DNA of 64,000 nucleotides from Fervidobacterium sp. (GTDB lineage Bacteria > Thermotogota > Thermotogae > Thermotogales > Fervidobacteriaceae): NCBI GenBank assembly GCA_049970055.1, contig JBMFNR010000001.1:597165-661164 (forward strand). Reading direction: 5' to 3'. Shown one piece after another: positions 21,985-32,104 of this stretch. The translations under genes were made by a program, and so were the position numbers. Below the pieces are notes generated by a model. It ran no database searches. It was given only the letters and a program-made list of their open reading frames with translations, and was not told where the DNA came from. Positions within the stretch are counted from its first letter, which is position 1; each line of letters begins with the position of its first letter.

Positions 21985-22830
21985 CTACGTTGGTGATATC
22001 AACAAATCAGCGATAACACCAATATCTTGTACAATTATATGCGGCTTTATGGGGCCCTTTTCGGCTTGTTCCTTGGTTGCTTCACCAGTCAGCACAAGTA
22101 CTGTCCACGTACCAGCTTGAATACCTGCTATTATGTCTGTGTAAAGCCTATCACCAATCATACAAGTTTCTGATGGGCTTATATTGTAGTGTCTCATTAC
22201 CATTTCCAAAAGTTTTGGTTCTGGTTTCCCAAACACGATGTTTGGATAAACGCCAGAGGCTTTTCTTACAACTGAAGCTATAGCTCCAGCATCTGGTAAT
22301 GGCCCTTCTTCAGATGGGCAATTCAAATCAGGATTTGTTACAACAAAAAGTGCACCCCGTGAAACGAACAGGGTAGCCTTTTTAATTTTCTCATAAGTCA
22401 GCGTTTTGTCGAATGTTACAACAACTATTTCTGGCTCTTCCTCAACAACATTTAAGCCAATCCGCCGAAATTCTTGTTTGATTTCATCAGTTCCAACAAT
22501 GTAAACTCTTGCTGGCCCAAATTCTTCATATAAATATTGTGCGGTCGCTACTCCGGCTGTCACAAATTGGTCACTTGATAGATTAAAACCGAAACTCTTA
22601 AATTCTTCAACGTAACTGTTGATGGTTCTGTTTGAATTATTTGTCAAAAACAGAAACTTCTTTCCAAGACTTTCAACCACATTTACGAATTTTTTTGAAC
22701 CTTCAAACGGTTTCCCACTTAAATAAAACGTACCGTCAATATCAAGTATAAACAAATTACATTGTTTAATTCGGTTAAGTGATCCTCTTTTCAGCTCGAT
22801 TACGTTCAAATCTTCCACAGTGTTCACCAT
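21985..22830 (-). CDS. NagD-like HAD IIA phosphatase
   Basis: DIDGT, LTNNS, TNPD, GKP, IGDRLYTD. Confidence 0.9.
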   Translation of the reverse strand: MVNTVEDLNVIELKRGSLNRIKQCNLFILDIDGTFYLSGKPFEGSKKFVNVVESLGKKFLFLTNNSNRTINSYVEEFKSFGFNLSSDQFVTAGVATAQYLYEEFGPARVYIVGTDEIKQEFRRIGLNVVEEEPEIVVVTFDKTLTYEKIKKATLFVSRGALFVVTNPDLNCPSEEGPLPDAGAIASVVRKASGVYPNIVFGKPEPKLLEMVMRHYNISPSETCMIGDRLYTDIIAGIQAGTWTVLVLTGEATKEQAEKGPIKPHIIVQDIGVIADLLISPT

Positions 22831-22969
22831 CCTGGATTTTGTTATTTGCTCACATTTATTATAACATAGTAATAATTAATTTGCATGGTTTATGTTTCTT
22901 AAAGCAAAGTGATATAATTAAAATGAACTAAATGTTATGTCAAAAATTCTGTGTTTAGAGGTGATCAAT

Positions 22970-23814
22970 TTGAGAAGAAATTCTGTGTTTGTGTCTCTAA
23001 TGATTTTCATGTTTTGGGTTAGTTTATTTTCACAGCAAAGTGAGAAGCAATCATTTGTTTTAAGCATTATTCCACCACATAGTGAAGGGTAGAGTTTACT
23101 TCTATTGGGTTATCACTTGGTAATTCTGAAATCTCGACTCAACCACTTCTGGATATGCTCGGTGTTTTTAACATTCGGTACAGATATTATGTTTCGCAGA
23201 TGTTTGTAACAAACCTTGAAACATATCTTTTCGATCCGCTTTTTGTCTCAAAGACATACTTGGGAGAGACATACCCTGCTACCAACCAGATATACGTAGT
23301 ATTTAACAGAAGCTATCTGCATGGTAATGTAATTGTTAGTCCGTTGATTTTCAAACCCTATGGAGAGTTTTTGACTGTACTGGCTGGAAACCATAACTTT
23401 TCCGAATACGCAGGCGCCGCCATATCAAGAGCTTTTCTTAGCGCAGGGCTTTTATTATCAAAAAATATTGAATTTTTTGGCACAATAGAATCTGGTCTGA
23501 TTTGGATGGTTTGGACGAGTCAGTCCTTAAATAACGAAGAATGGAATAATCTTATAGTCGAGCTTAGGCAGAAAACTTTCTACATTTCAGTCAGACGAGG
23601 TGTTACGTGGTATTACGATAATTATTCAGGTTTAGAGGTTGGTTATCGCATATTTTTACACGGATATGACACCCCACTTAGGTATATTCGGGGTTTCACG
23701 CTAACTGATTGGGCATATAATTACGTTAGTGTAATAAACGAATATTCTGAACGAAAGATCAACATCCCATTTATTACAACTGATTATTATCTGAGCTTTT
23801 CCACAAAATTTTGA
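22970..23814 (+). pseudogene. Frameshifted exported beta-barrel-like protein (~281 aa if repaired)
   Basis: SD GAGGTG plus TTG at 22970 encodes a signal peptide and stops at TAG 23090-92. The frame of ORF 23155-23814 is open back to the GGG run at 23087-89. C-terminus is YYLSFSTKF. Confidence 0.7.
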
Positions 23815-23827
23815 TTCATAAACTTTC

Positions 23828-23967
23828 ATGTGTTAAAAATCACGAACTATGAATCAGTAATAACGTGCTTTTAGGGTAGTTTAAGCTCATATTCGTAGAA
23901 TTTTACTAGATTTTTTCTAAAAATAAGCACTTTCCTGCTTGTGAAATTTTTGGTTTTATGGTAAAAT
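23828..23967 (+). promoter_or_regulatory. Promoter and Rex-like site of the monomeric hydrogenase
   Basis: ATGTGTT-AAAA-ATCACGA (23828-45); TTGTGA-N17-TAAAAT with TG extension (23939-67). Confidence 0.5.
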
Positions 23968-24023
23968 GCCTTTGAATGGACTTTAACGAACTTTGTGGAT
24001 TAAACTATGGAGGTGGGTGGCCG

Positions 24024-25784
24024 ATGGTAACAGTTTATATCAACGATAAGCCTTACGATGTTCCTGAAGACAAGACAGTACTTGAAGTTGCGCAGATGGT
24101 AGGGTACAATATTCCAACACTTTGTCATCACCCAGAGCTTGAACCTATTGGAGCATGTAGAATCTGTGTTGTCGAAATTGAAGGTGCAAGGACACTTCAG
24201 CCTGCTTGTACAACGAAGGTCTCAGATGGAATGAAGGTTAAAACAAACACGGAAAGGGTAGAAAAAGCCATTAAGTTTAATCTCTCACTGATTATGGCAA
24301 ACCATCCACACGAATGTATGTATTGTGAAGCGGACGGAAGATGTGAACTTCAAAAACTCGTTCACACATACGACATTGAACCTATATTTGGCGTAAATGT
24401 AATGCTTGAAAAGGAAATCGATGTAAGCAGTCCATCGATTAATAGGGATCTTTCAAAATGTGTGAAGTGTCAAAGATGCGTGAGAGTATGTAGTGAAATT
24501 CAAGGTATGAATATATACTCCATGATAGACAGGGGATATGAATCTCTGCCAGAGACGGAGTTCGGGATACCGGTTTACGAAACGGATTGTATCAGCTGTG
24601 GACAATGTGCGAATTTGTGTCCGGTTGGCGCAATTTATGAAACACCAGACTGGAAAAAAGTACTCAAAATGCTTAATAACAAACAGCCAGGCAAGGTTTA
24701 CGTTGCACAAACTGCTCCTTCAGTGCGTGTTGCTATAGGTGAAGAATTTGGAATGGAACCAGGTACTATAAGTACTGGAAAGATGGTCGCTGCCCTAAGA
24801 CGATTGGGATTTGACTACGTCTTTGATACAAACTTTGCAGCGGATCTCACTATAATGGAGGAAGGATACGAATTAATTCATAGACTGCAAAATGGTGGTA
24901 AATTCCCCATGTTCACATCTTGCTGTCCCGGTTGGGTAAATGAAATGGAAAAGGAGTGGCCAGAATTAAGAGAAAACCTGTCAACGGCTAAATCTCCACA
25001 ACAGATGATGAGTAGTGTTGTTAAGACCTATTTTGCACAGAAGATAGGTGTAAAACCTGAAGACATCGTAATGGTTTCAATAATGCCATGTACAGCAAAG
25101 AAGGACGAAATAAGAAGGCCACAACAGTTAGTCGATGGGATTAAAGTGACCGATTATGTATTAACAACAAGAGAACTCGGAAAGTTAATAAAGCTCAAAG
25201 GTATTCCATTTGTTAATTTGCCCGAGGAACAATACGATAGTCCACTTGGAACATCAACAGGTGCAGCTGCACTTTTTGGCGTAACTGGAGGTGTCATGGA
25301 GGCTGCGTTACGAACCGCCTACGAAGTATTAACTGGCGAGAAACTACCAAAGTTGGTCTTCGATCAAGTTAGAGGTTTAGATGGTGTACGAGAAGCGGAA
25401 ATAGATATAAAAGGCAGAAAATTGAAAGTCGCAATCGCACATGGAATGGCGAATGTAAAGAAACTTCTTGCTGAAATGAAGGAAGGTAAGAGGTACTACG
25501 ACTTTGTTGAAATAATGGCGTGTCTTGGTGGTTGTATCGGTGGCGGTGGTCAACCAAAGAGCCTTGATCCAGATATACTCAAGAAACGTGCTGCGGCGAT
25601 CTATACTATTGATGAGCTCAGTGTGCTTAGAAGATCGCACGAGAACCCAGATATCATAAAACTCTACGAAGAGTTCTTGGAAAAGCCAAACAGCCACAGA
25701 GCGCATCACTTGTTGCATACACACTACACTGACAGATCAAGGGCCGTAAGAAAGGCGCAAAAACAGTCTGAAAAGGTTAACTGA
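24024..25784 (+). CDS. Monomeric group A [FeFe]-hydrogenase (CpI-like domain set)
   Basis: 2Fe-2S, His-ligated 4Fe-4S and 2x4Fe-4S domains; TSCCPGW, MPCTAKK, EIMACLGGCIGGGGQP; start after GGAGG. Confidence 0.93.
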   Translation: MVTVYINDKPYDVPEDKTVLEVAQMVGYNIPTLCHHPELEPIGACRICVVEIEGARTLQPACTTKVSDGMKVKTNTERVEKAIKFNLSLIMANHPHECMYCEADGRCELQKLVHTYDIEPIFGVNVMLEKEIDVSSPSINRDLSKCVKCQRCVRVCSEIQGMNIYSMIDRGYESLPETEFGIPVYETDCISCGQCANLCPVGAIYETPDWKKVLKMLNNKQPGKVYVAQTAPSVRVAIGEEFGMEPGTISTGKMVAALRRLGFDYVFDTNFAADLTIMEEGYELIHRLQNGGKFPMFTSCCPGWVNEMEKEWPELRENLSTAKSPQQMMSSVVKTYFAQKIGVKPEDIVMVSIMPCTAKKDEIRRPQQLVDGIKVTDYVLTTRELGKLIKLKGIPFVNLPEEQYDSPLGTSTGAAALFGVTGGVMEAALRTAYEVLTGEKLPKLVFDQVRGLDGVREAEIDIKGRKLKVAIAHGMANVKKLLAEMKEGKRYYDFVEIMACLGGCIGGGGQPKSLDPDILKKRAAAIYTIDELSVLRRSHENPDIIKLYEEFLEKPNSHRAHHLLHTHYTDRSRAVRKAQKQSEKVN

Positions 25785-25805
25785 CAAATGTGTAAGTTAA
25801 AAGAG

Positions 25806-25846
25806 AAAAAAGGTGGGGCTTTGGACATCCAAAGCCCCACCTTTTT
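25806..25846. terminator. Strong intrinsic terminator
   Basis: AAAAAGGTGGGGCTTTGGA-CA-TCCAAAGCCCCACCTTTTT. Confidence 0.9.
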
Positions 25847-25956
25847 GATTTTGTTAGATATGGTGAGAAAAAAGCAGAAAATATAATCTTATTGCCTATA
25901 AAAGTCAGAACCAGGCGATTTTTACCAAAATGGTATGTACCCATTTCACAAAGGTG

Positions 25957-26167
25957 TATGGTAAAATAGTCATAACAAGTGAATAAATTCTCAAAGTAAA
26001 TATCGTCTAATGTCTTCTGAGGTGGAGGACATAGTCTGACACCAAGGAAAGAGGCAAAAAAGGTTTTCAGTATAAGTTTTTGTTGTTCACCATAATTTGT
26101 GAATAATATAACAAACTTTAATCTGCCTCTTTCCTTGGCTATAAGGAAAGAGGCTTAATTTTTTTAA
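25957..26167 (+). promoter_or_regulatory. hydG-operon promoter and structured leader: Rex-like sites and terminator/antiterminator
   Basis: TATGGTAAAAT extended -10; AAGTGAA-TAAA-TTCTCAA (25977-94); TTGTGAA-TAAT-ATAACAA (26097-114); alternative pairings 26042-56/26124-38 versus 26125-36/26143-54 plus U-tract. Confidence 0.65.
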
Positions 26168-26186
26168 TGATAAGGGGGGTAAAACT

Positions 26187-26432
26187 TTGGAAGAGAGATA
26201 CTATATGATAGACATAATTGTAACTGATAGAGATATGGCGTACTCAAAGGTTAACGAATTGCTCCATCAATATTCAAATATCATCAAGCTTAGGGTTGGA
26301 TACCCTGTTCCGGATGAAAATATTGCCATAGTTTTTTTGATCGTTAAGACTTCAAATGATGTTGTTGGCGCGCTAACAGGGAAACTTGGACAAATAAAAG
26401 GAGTAAAGGTTAAGAGCGTGGCTATTACTTGA
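26187..26432 (+). CDS. TM1266-family iron-only hydrogenase system regulator (ACT-like)
   Basis: VNELLHQY..IIKLRVGYP, LTGKLGQIKGVKVK; first gene before hydG. Confidence 0.85.
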   Translation: MEERYYMIDIIVTDRDMAYSKVNELLHQYSNIIKLRVGYPVPDENIAIVFLIVKTSNDVVGALTGKLGQIKGVKVKSVAIT

Positions 26433-26473
26433 TAATTTTCACTTGATGATTTGACTTTTTTGGAGGTGAGGGT

Positions 26474-27886
26474 ATGTTTGTATTTACAAAGGAATTAGAG
26501 ACAGAGCAAACGTTTATTCCAGAAAGCGAAATATACGAACTTTTGGAAGAAACAAGAAACCCAGAACCATTGAGAGTAAGAGATATACTGCAAAAGTCGT
26601 TGGATAAGAATAGATTGGAACCCACTGAAGTGGCAACACTTTTGAATGTTGATAATTCTGCACTGCTTGAGGAAATTTTTCATGCGGCACGGACTTTGAA
26701 AGAACGGATTTACGGTAACAGGATAGTACTCTTTGCCCCGCTTTATATTGGAAACGATTGTGTAAATGATTGCGTGTACTGTGGTTTTAGAACGTCTAAT
26801 CCAGAGGTGTATAGAAAAACGCTAACATTTGATGAGCTTAGGAGGGAAGTTCAAGCACTTGTCTCAAGAGGTCACAAGAGGCTTATCGTTGTCTACGGAG
26901 AGCATCCGAGGTATAGTCCTGAATTCATCGCTGAAACTATAAGAATTATATACGAAACAAAAGTTGGAAATGGTGAAATAAGGAGAGTTAATGTGAATGC
27001 AGCACCACAAACAGTCGAAGGATACAAGATAATAAAAGAAGCTGGCATAGGAACGTTCCAAATATTCCAAGAAACGTATCATCAACCCACTTACAAAAAG
27101 CTTCACCCAAGGGGGCCAAAGTCAAATTACGCATGGCGTTTGTATGGGCTTGATAGGGCTATGCTTGCAGGTATCGATGATGTAGGTATAGGTGCTTTGT
27201 TCGGACTATATGACTGGAAATTTGAAGTTATGGGGTTGATTTACCATACGATACATTTAGAGGAGCGGTTTGGTGTTGGACCACATACGATTTCATTCCC
27301 AAGAATAGAACCCGCCGTTGGAAGTGAGATTTCATACAATCCTCCGCACAAAGTTAGTGATGAGAATTTCAAGAAGCTGGTCGCAATTATTAGGCTTGCT
27401 GTACCGTACACGGGTATGATTTTAACAGCAAGAGAACCTGCTGAATTGAGAAAAGAAGTATTGAAGATGGGAGTATCTCAGATAGATGGCGGATCAAGTA
27501 TAGGAATAGGTTCTTACTCTTCACAGGACGATCCAGAGAAGGTAAGGAAAAGCCAGTTCATCCTTGGTGATAATAGAACCCTCGAAGAAGTTATACACGA
27601 TCTCCTCAAAGAAGGTTACATACCTTCGTTCTGTACAGCTTGTTATAGAATGGGGAGAACAGGTGAGCATTTCATGGAATTTGCGATTCCCGGTTTTGTT
27701 AAGAGATTTTGCACACCTAACGCTTTGTTCACACTTCGCGAGTACTTGAACGATTATGCTTCAGAAGAGACGAAGAAATTGGGTGAGGAAGTTATTCGTA
27801 TGGAGCTTGAACGTGTTAATAACAGGGAATTAGTTGAGAAGTATCTGAAAAGGATTGATTCTGGTGAAAGAGATGTCAGATTTTGA
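26474..27886 (+). CDS. hydG: [FeFe]-hydrogenase maturase HydG
   Basis: CVNDCVYC, GPHTIS, C-terminal CTAC-x22-C auxiliary cluster motif. Confidence 0.96.
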   Translation: MFVFTKELETEQTFIPESEIYELLEETRNPEPLRVRDILQKSLDKNRLEPTEVATLLNVDNSALLEEIFHAARTLKERIYGNRIVLFAPLYIGNDCVNDCVYCGFRTSNPEVYRKTLTFDELRREVQALVSRGHKRLIVVYGEHPRYSPEFIAETIRIIYETKVGNGEIRRVNVNAAPQTVEGYKIIKEAGIGTFQIFQETYHQPTYKKLHPRGPKSNYAWRLYGLDRAMLAGIDDVGIGALFGLYDWKFEVMGLIYHTIHLEERFGVGPHTISFPRIEPAVGSEISYNPPHKVSDENFKKLVAIIRLAVPYTGMILTAREPAELRKEVLKMGVSQIDGGSSIGIGSYSSQDDPEKVRKSQFILGDNRTLEEVIHDLLKEGYIPSFCTACYRMGRTGEHFMEFAIPGFVKRFCTPNALFTLREYLNDYASEETKKLGEEVIRMELERVNNRELVEKYLKRIDSGERDVRF

Positions 27887-28127
27887 AAGATTAAGCAAAT
27901 TACTTGAGCCAGTTGCAAATATGCTAAATACAAAAATATGGATCTGTGAGAAAATCGGCAGGCGGCTGTCATGTATAGCTCGTTCAGGTGAAGAAAATTA
28001 CTGTGAATCTTTCAAAATATACGAAGATCAGAAATATGTAGTTTTCGCCGAAAGAGAAGTAACAGATCCCAAAGAACTTGAACATGTTGAACATTTTATC
28101 AAAGATCACGTATTTTCGAGGAAGTGA
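27873..28127 (+). CDS. Small hypothetical protein between hydG and hydE
   Basis: Overlaps the hydG stop; WICEKIGRRLSCIAR. Confidence 0.7.
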   Translation: MSDFERLSKLLEPVANMLNTKIWICEKIGRRLSCIARSGEENYCESFKIYEDQKYVVFAEREVTDPKELEHVEHFIKDHVFSRK

Positions 28128-28151
28128 GCACGTTTATTGGAGCGTGGTAGG

Positions 28152-29180
28152 ATGATAGAAGTTAAGAAGATTCAGAATGTTGATATTGATTATTTAACGT
28201 ATTTGCTTTCAACTGATGAGTACGACGAAGAAATTTTTAAAACAGCGGCTGAGATAAGGCAAAAATACGTTGGTGATGAAGTTCATTTAAGAGCAATCAT
28301 AGAATTCTCAAATTATTGCACTCAACATTGTTTGTATTGTGGTTTGAGAGCACCGAATATGAATATCAAACGCTATCGAATGAGTGAAGATGAAATAATT
28401 GATCGTGCAAAGCTTATTGCTAGCTTAGGAATCAAAACGATAGTCCTTCAATCCGGTGAAGATCCATACTACACAACGGAAAAGATCAGCCATCTCATAA
28501 GTGAAATCAAGAAACTTGACGTAGCGATAACCCTCAGTATAGGTGAAAGAGAGTTTGAAGAATATAAAATTTGGAAAGAACTTGGTGCCGATAGATACCT
28601 TATGAGGCACGAAACCGCATCGCCTAAATTATACACAAAGTTGCATCCGGGAGACTCCTTCGAAAATAGAAAAATTCATTTGTACGAATTAAAACGCTTA
28701 GGTTATGAAACTGGTGCTGGAAGCATGGTGGGCTTACCTGGTCAAAGTGCGTACGACATGGCTCTCGACTTGTTTTTTTTAAAAGAACTTGATGCAGACA
28801 TGATAGGTATTGGACCATTCATACCAAACCCAGACACACCACTTGCAAACCAAGGCGGAGGCACAGTTAGGGATACGCTAAAAATGATCGCTCTATCTCG
28901 CATTATCCTCCCAACGGCAAATATTCCAGCAACAACGGCACTTGGTTCGATCGATCCATTTGGTAGACAGATGGGCTTAAAATGTGGTGCAAATGTTATA
29001 ATGCCAAATTTAACGCCAAATCCTTATCGACCAAATTATTCACTTTATCCAGGTAAAATTTGCTTGTTTGAAAAGGACACTGCTTGCGTTGAATGTACGA
29101 AGGCTATGATAAGAAGTGTAGGATTAAGAGTTGGTGAAGGTTATGGATATAGAAAACGCGTTGTCGAATACTCTGTATAA
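28152..29180 (+). CDS. hydE: [FeFe]-hydrogenase maturase HydE
   Basis: IIEFSNYCTQHCLYCGLR, LQSGED, RHET, YSLYPGKIC. Confidence 0.95.
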   Translation: MIEVKKIQNVDIDYLTYLLSTDEYDEEIFKTAAEIRQKYVGDEVHLRAIIEFSNYCTQHCLYCGLRAPNMNIKRYRMSEDEIIDRAKLIASLGIKTIVLQSGEDPYYTTEKISHLISEIKKLDVAITLSIGEREFEEYKIWKELGADRYLMRHETASPKLYTKLHPGDSFENRKIHLYELKRLGYETGAGSMVGLPGQSAYDMALDLFFLKELDADMIGIGPFIPNPDTPLANQGGGTVRDTLKMIALSRIILPTANIPATTALGSIDPFGRQMGLKCGANVIMPNLTPNPYRPNYSLYPGKICLFEKDTACVECTKAMIRSVGLRVGEGYGYRKRVVEYSV

Positions 29181-29191
29181 TAAGGTCATAT

Positions 29192-29230
29192 AAAATAGGC
29201 AACTGGTTAACCACCAGCTGCCCATATTTT
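29192..29230. terminator. Bidirectional terminator
   Basis: AAAATAGGCAACTGGT...ACCAGCTGCCCATATTTT between convergent genes. Confidence 0.6.
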
Positions 29231-29500
29231 CTAGATTTCCAACTTCATATACTTTGCTTGAACACCTTCAATCTTGTTCAGTTTTTCACATAGTTCTTCG
29301 TGTTTTGATTCATCGTCTACGAGTTCCAAGATAATAAGGCCTACTGGTGAACAGTATTCGCCAGCACCTTCGTGAAGCCCAAGTCTTGTTTTAATGTAGC
29401 ATCCGTACTCTGTTAAGAGTTTTTGTACTTCAACGGCAGCTTTTTCTCTTTTGTCAACCAAGACAGCCATAACGGTTCTTACTGTGATATCCTTTGCCAT
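29231..29500 (-). CDS. Second TM1266-like ACT-domain regulator
   Basis: VQKLLTEYGCYIKTRLGLHE..CS..GLIILEL. Confidence 0.8.
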   Translation of the reverse strand: MAKDITVRTVMAVLVDKREKAAVEVQKLLTEYGCYIKTRLGLHEGAGEYCSPVGLIILELVDDESKHEELCEKLNKIEGVQAKYMKLEI

Positions 29501-29669
29501 AATCCACCCCCCTTTCCATGTACAACAGCACACACTATGATTATACCAAAATTAATCCCACTACGTCAAACTTTTCACAAGAAGAAACTAGGTGTGGTTA
29601 AGGTATAATCGATGAAATACGTGTTATAATTTCTTAATAGGTAGTTAGATAATGATTTGGAGTGATGAT

Positions 29670-30416
29670 GTGAAAAAAAGTTTTAGCTATCTTTTAGGTT
29701 TGGTACTCATATTTTTAATTTGGCATTTTGTATCGCATGTTATTAATTCCAAATTTATTTTGCCAAGCCCATACGTCGTTCTATCAACGATAGTCAAGGA
29801 AATTGGGAAATCTCTCTTATGGATAAGTCTTATTCAGACGCTTTCAAAAGTATTTGTGGTATTATTTCTGGTTGTTTTTTTCGGCGTTTTTATAGGTTTT
29901 GTAATAGGAATTAATAAAGTATTGTTTGATATCTTTAGACCTTTTATTTTATTTATCCAGGCGTTCCCTATAGTAACTTGGCTTGCGCTTATAATGTTTA
30001 TCTGGGGGATTGGTTGGATGGGACCTGTTGTTGTCAGTTTTCTATCGTTATTACCTTACGCCATTTTATCAACGGCAGTTGGTATTCAAACAACTGATGT
30101 TAGACTGATTGAAATGGCAAAGTTGTATAATGTTAGGAAAGCAAAGGTGATAAAAGATATATATCTTGGCTCTATACTTCCTCAGTTTGTTAGTACGCTC
30201 CAGGTAGTTATAGGTAATATTTGGAAAGTTGTAGTTGTAGCTGAATATATGTGTGGAGATAAGGGTGTTGGTGTACAGATAGCGTGGGCAAGGCAATCGG
30301 TATCTGTAGAAAAAGTTTATGCGTACACGATAATAATAATTGCAATTGGATTATCAGTTGAGAACATTATCAACCGCTTTTCAAGAAAGGCCATTGAAAA
30401 GTGGAGTGTAAGTTAA
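29670..30416 (+). CDS. NitT/TauT-family ABC permease
   Basis: LPSP, multiple TM helices, WKVVVVAE. Confidence 0.88.
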   Translation: MKKSFSYLLGLVLIFLIWHFVSHVINSKFILPSPYVVLSTIVKEIGKSLLWISLIQTLSKVFVVLFLVVFFGVFIGFVIGINKVLFDIFRPFILFIQAFPIVTWLALIMFIWGIGWMGPVVVSFLSLLPYAILSTAVGIQTTDVRLIEMAKLYNVRKAKVIKDIYLGSILPQFVSTLQVVIGNIWKVVVVAEYMCGDKGVGVQIAWARQSVSVEKVYAYTIIIIAIGLSVENIINRFSRKAIEKWSVS

Positions 30417-30449
30417 TCTAAGCTTGCTCTTAATGTGAGGTGCGATTAG

Positions 30450-31151
30450 TTGGAATTTGTGTTGAAAGTTGAAAATCTTAGTAAATCTTTTGGAAAATTG
30501 AGAGTGATAAAAGATATAAGTTTTACTCTTAACGTAGGTGAAGCCGTTGCTTTTTTGGGACCTTCTGGCTGTGGTAAGACTTCTATGCTTCGCATTATAG
30601 CAGGTCTGGATAAGAATTATGCTGGGAATTTAGAGAAAAATTATTCGAAAGCTGGTTATGTTTTTCAAGAACCAAGACTTATCCCTTGGAAAAGTGTTGA
30701 AGAGAATCTATATTTTGTGTGCGAAGATAGAAAAAAGATTATGGAAATACTAAAAAGTTTAAATATTGAAGAATTCACGGATTATCTACCTTCGAAGCTT
30801 AGTGGAGGAATGAGGCAGCGAGTCAACCTTGCACGAGCTTTGGTCGTAGAACCTGACATCCTATTTCTTGATGAACCGTTTGCTTCCCTCGATGTACACA
30901 CTAAGATAGGAATAATAAACGATTTAAATGAGAAAAGGAAAGTGTTTAGATACTCCATGTTAGTTGTAACACATGACATACGAGAAGCATTACTTTTAGC
31001 TGACAGAATAATTCTTTTAAGTGATAAACCAAGTACAGTATTGAAGGAGTTCTATGTATCCGATGTGCCGAAGGATATAAAAAGTGCAAAATTTCAAAAA
31101 GTTGAATCAGATATACTTTCAGAACTTATAAGGAGGTGGAGTGCATTATGA
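30450..31151 (+). CDS. NitT/TauT-family ABC ATPase
   Basis: GPSGCGKT, FQEPRLIPW, LSGGMRQR, DEPF. Confidence 0.93.
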   Translation: MEFVLKVENLSKSFGKLRVIKDISFTLNVGEAVAFLGPSGCGKTSMLRIIAGLDKNYAGNLEKNYSKAGYVFQEPRLIPWKSVEENLYFVCEDRKKIMEILKSLNIEEFTDYLPSKLSGGMRQRVNLARALVVEPDILFLDEPFASLDVHTKIGIINDLNEKRKVFRYSMLVVTHDIREALLLADRIILLSDKPSTVLKEFYVSDVPKDIKSAKFQKVESDILSELIRRWSAL

Positions 31152-32068
31152 AAAGGTTAGTATTTCTTGCAATGATTCTTTTGTGTGTTTGGATCTACGC
31201 GGTCACTTTCATTAATCCATTTGGACCTACCATATTTCCTATTGCGGGTTTGATATCCAGAGAGGTTAAAACAGATATGGCTTTAGATATTAAGTTTTGG
31301 AAAACGATGGATGAAGCTACTGCGTATATTGTTCCAAGGAAAGTGAATTTTGCGGCACTTCCTGTAGCTTTTGGTGCAAATCTTTACACAAAGGGAATAG
31401 ATGTCAGACTCGTTGGTGTCTACAGTTGGAGATTATTCTATGTTGTTGCAAGTTCTGATTTTGAGTTCAAAGGATTCCAAAGCTTAAAAGGAGAGAAGGT
31501 TTACACAGCTCATGGTAGAGGTCAAACAGCTGATGTTGTGCTGCGCTATCTACTTATTAAAAACGGGATCGAACCAGATAAGGATGTTACATTCTCTTAT
31601 GCACAACCACAAGAGATCGTCTCACTTTTCAACAGTGGGAAGATAAAGATTGCCGCTCTTCCGGAGCCTTTTGTTACCATGACTCTCTCAAAAGGAAAGA
31701 TAGTATTAGATTTACAAGACGAATGGAACAAAGCAAGTGGAATGAAGTATGGAATACCGATTACTGGAATTTTCGTTACCGGTAAACTTTTAGATTACGC
31801 AGGTACAGTAAAATTATTCGAAAAATCATTTATGAAAAGCCTAAGTTGGGCTTACGCGAATGTTGACAAAGCTGTTGAAATTACGAGCAAGCAGCTTGGA
31901 ATTCCAGCGAACGTGCTGAGGAATTCTCTTGATAGAAGTCAGTATAACTACATTTCTGTGAGAGATTGTAAAGATGAAGTTTTGAATTATCTTAAAAAGC
32001 TTAATGAGCTTTATCCAGATGGCATGCCCAAAGTACCTGATGATAATTTCTTCTATCAGGCTAAATAG
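31148..32068 (+). CDS. NitT/TauT/SsuA-like substrate-binding protein
   Basis: Signal peptide, LPEPFVT, operon context. Confidence 0.8.
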   Translation: MKRLVFLAMILLCVWIYAVTFINPFGPTIFPIAGLISREVKTDMALDIKFWKTMDEATAYIVPRKVNFAALPVAFGANLYTKGIDVRLVGVYSWRLFYVVASSDFEFKGFQSLKGEKVYTAHGRGQTADVVLRYLLIKNGIEPDKDVTFSYAQPQEIVSLFNSGKIKIAALPEPFVTMTLSKGKIVLDLQDEWNKASGMKYGIPITGIFVTGKLLDYAGTVKLFEKSFMKSLSWAYANVDKAVEITSKQLGIPANVLRNSLDRSQYNYISVRDCKDEVLNYLKKLNELYPDGMPKVPDDNFFYQAK

Positions 32069-32104
32069 CAGGCTTTCTAAATACTTTATGAAAGGGTGAA
32101 TTAA

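Noticed and set aside
23090..23092. TAG read-through (pyrrolysine) in the exported-protein gene
   Set aside because: The downstream conserved-looking ORF is in a different frame, so a frameshift is needed, not read-through
25990..26165. T-box or SAM-I riboswitch, or leader peptide, ahead of hydG
   Set aside because: No T-box (GGUGGNACC) or SAM-I core is recognisable, and the GGAGG at 26024 has no start codon at suitable spacing; an Rfam search is still needed
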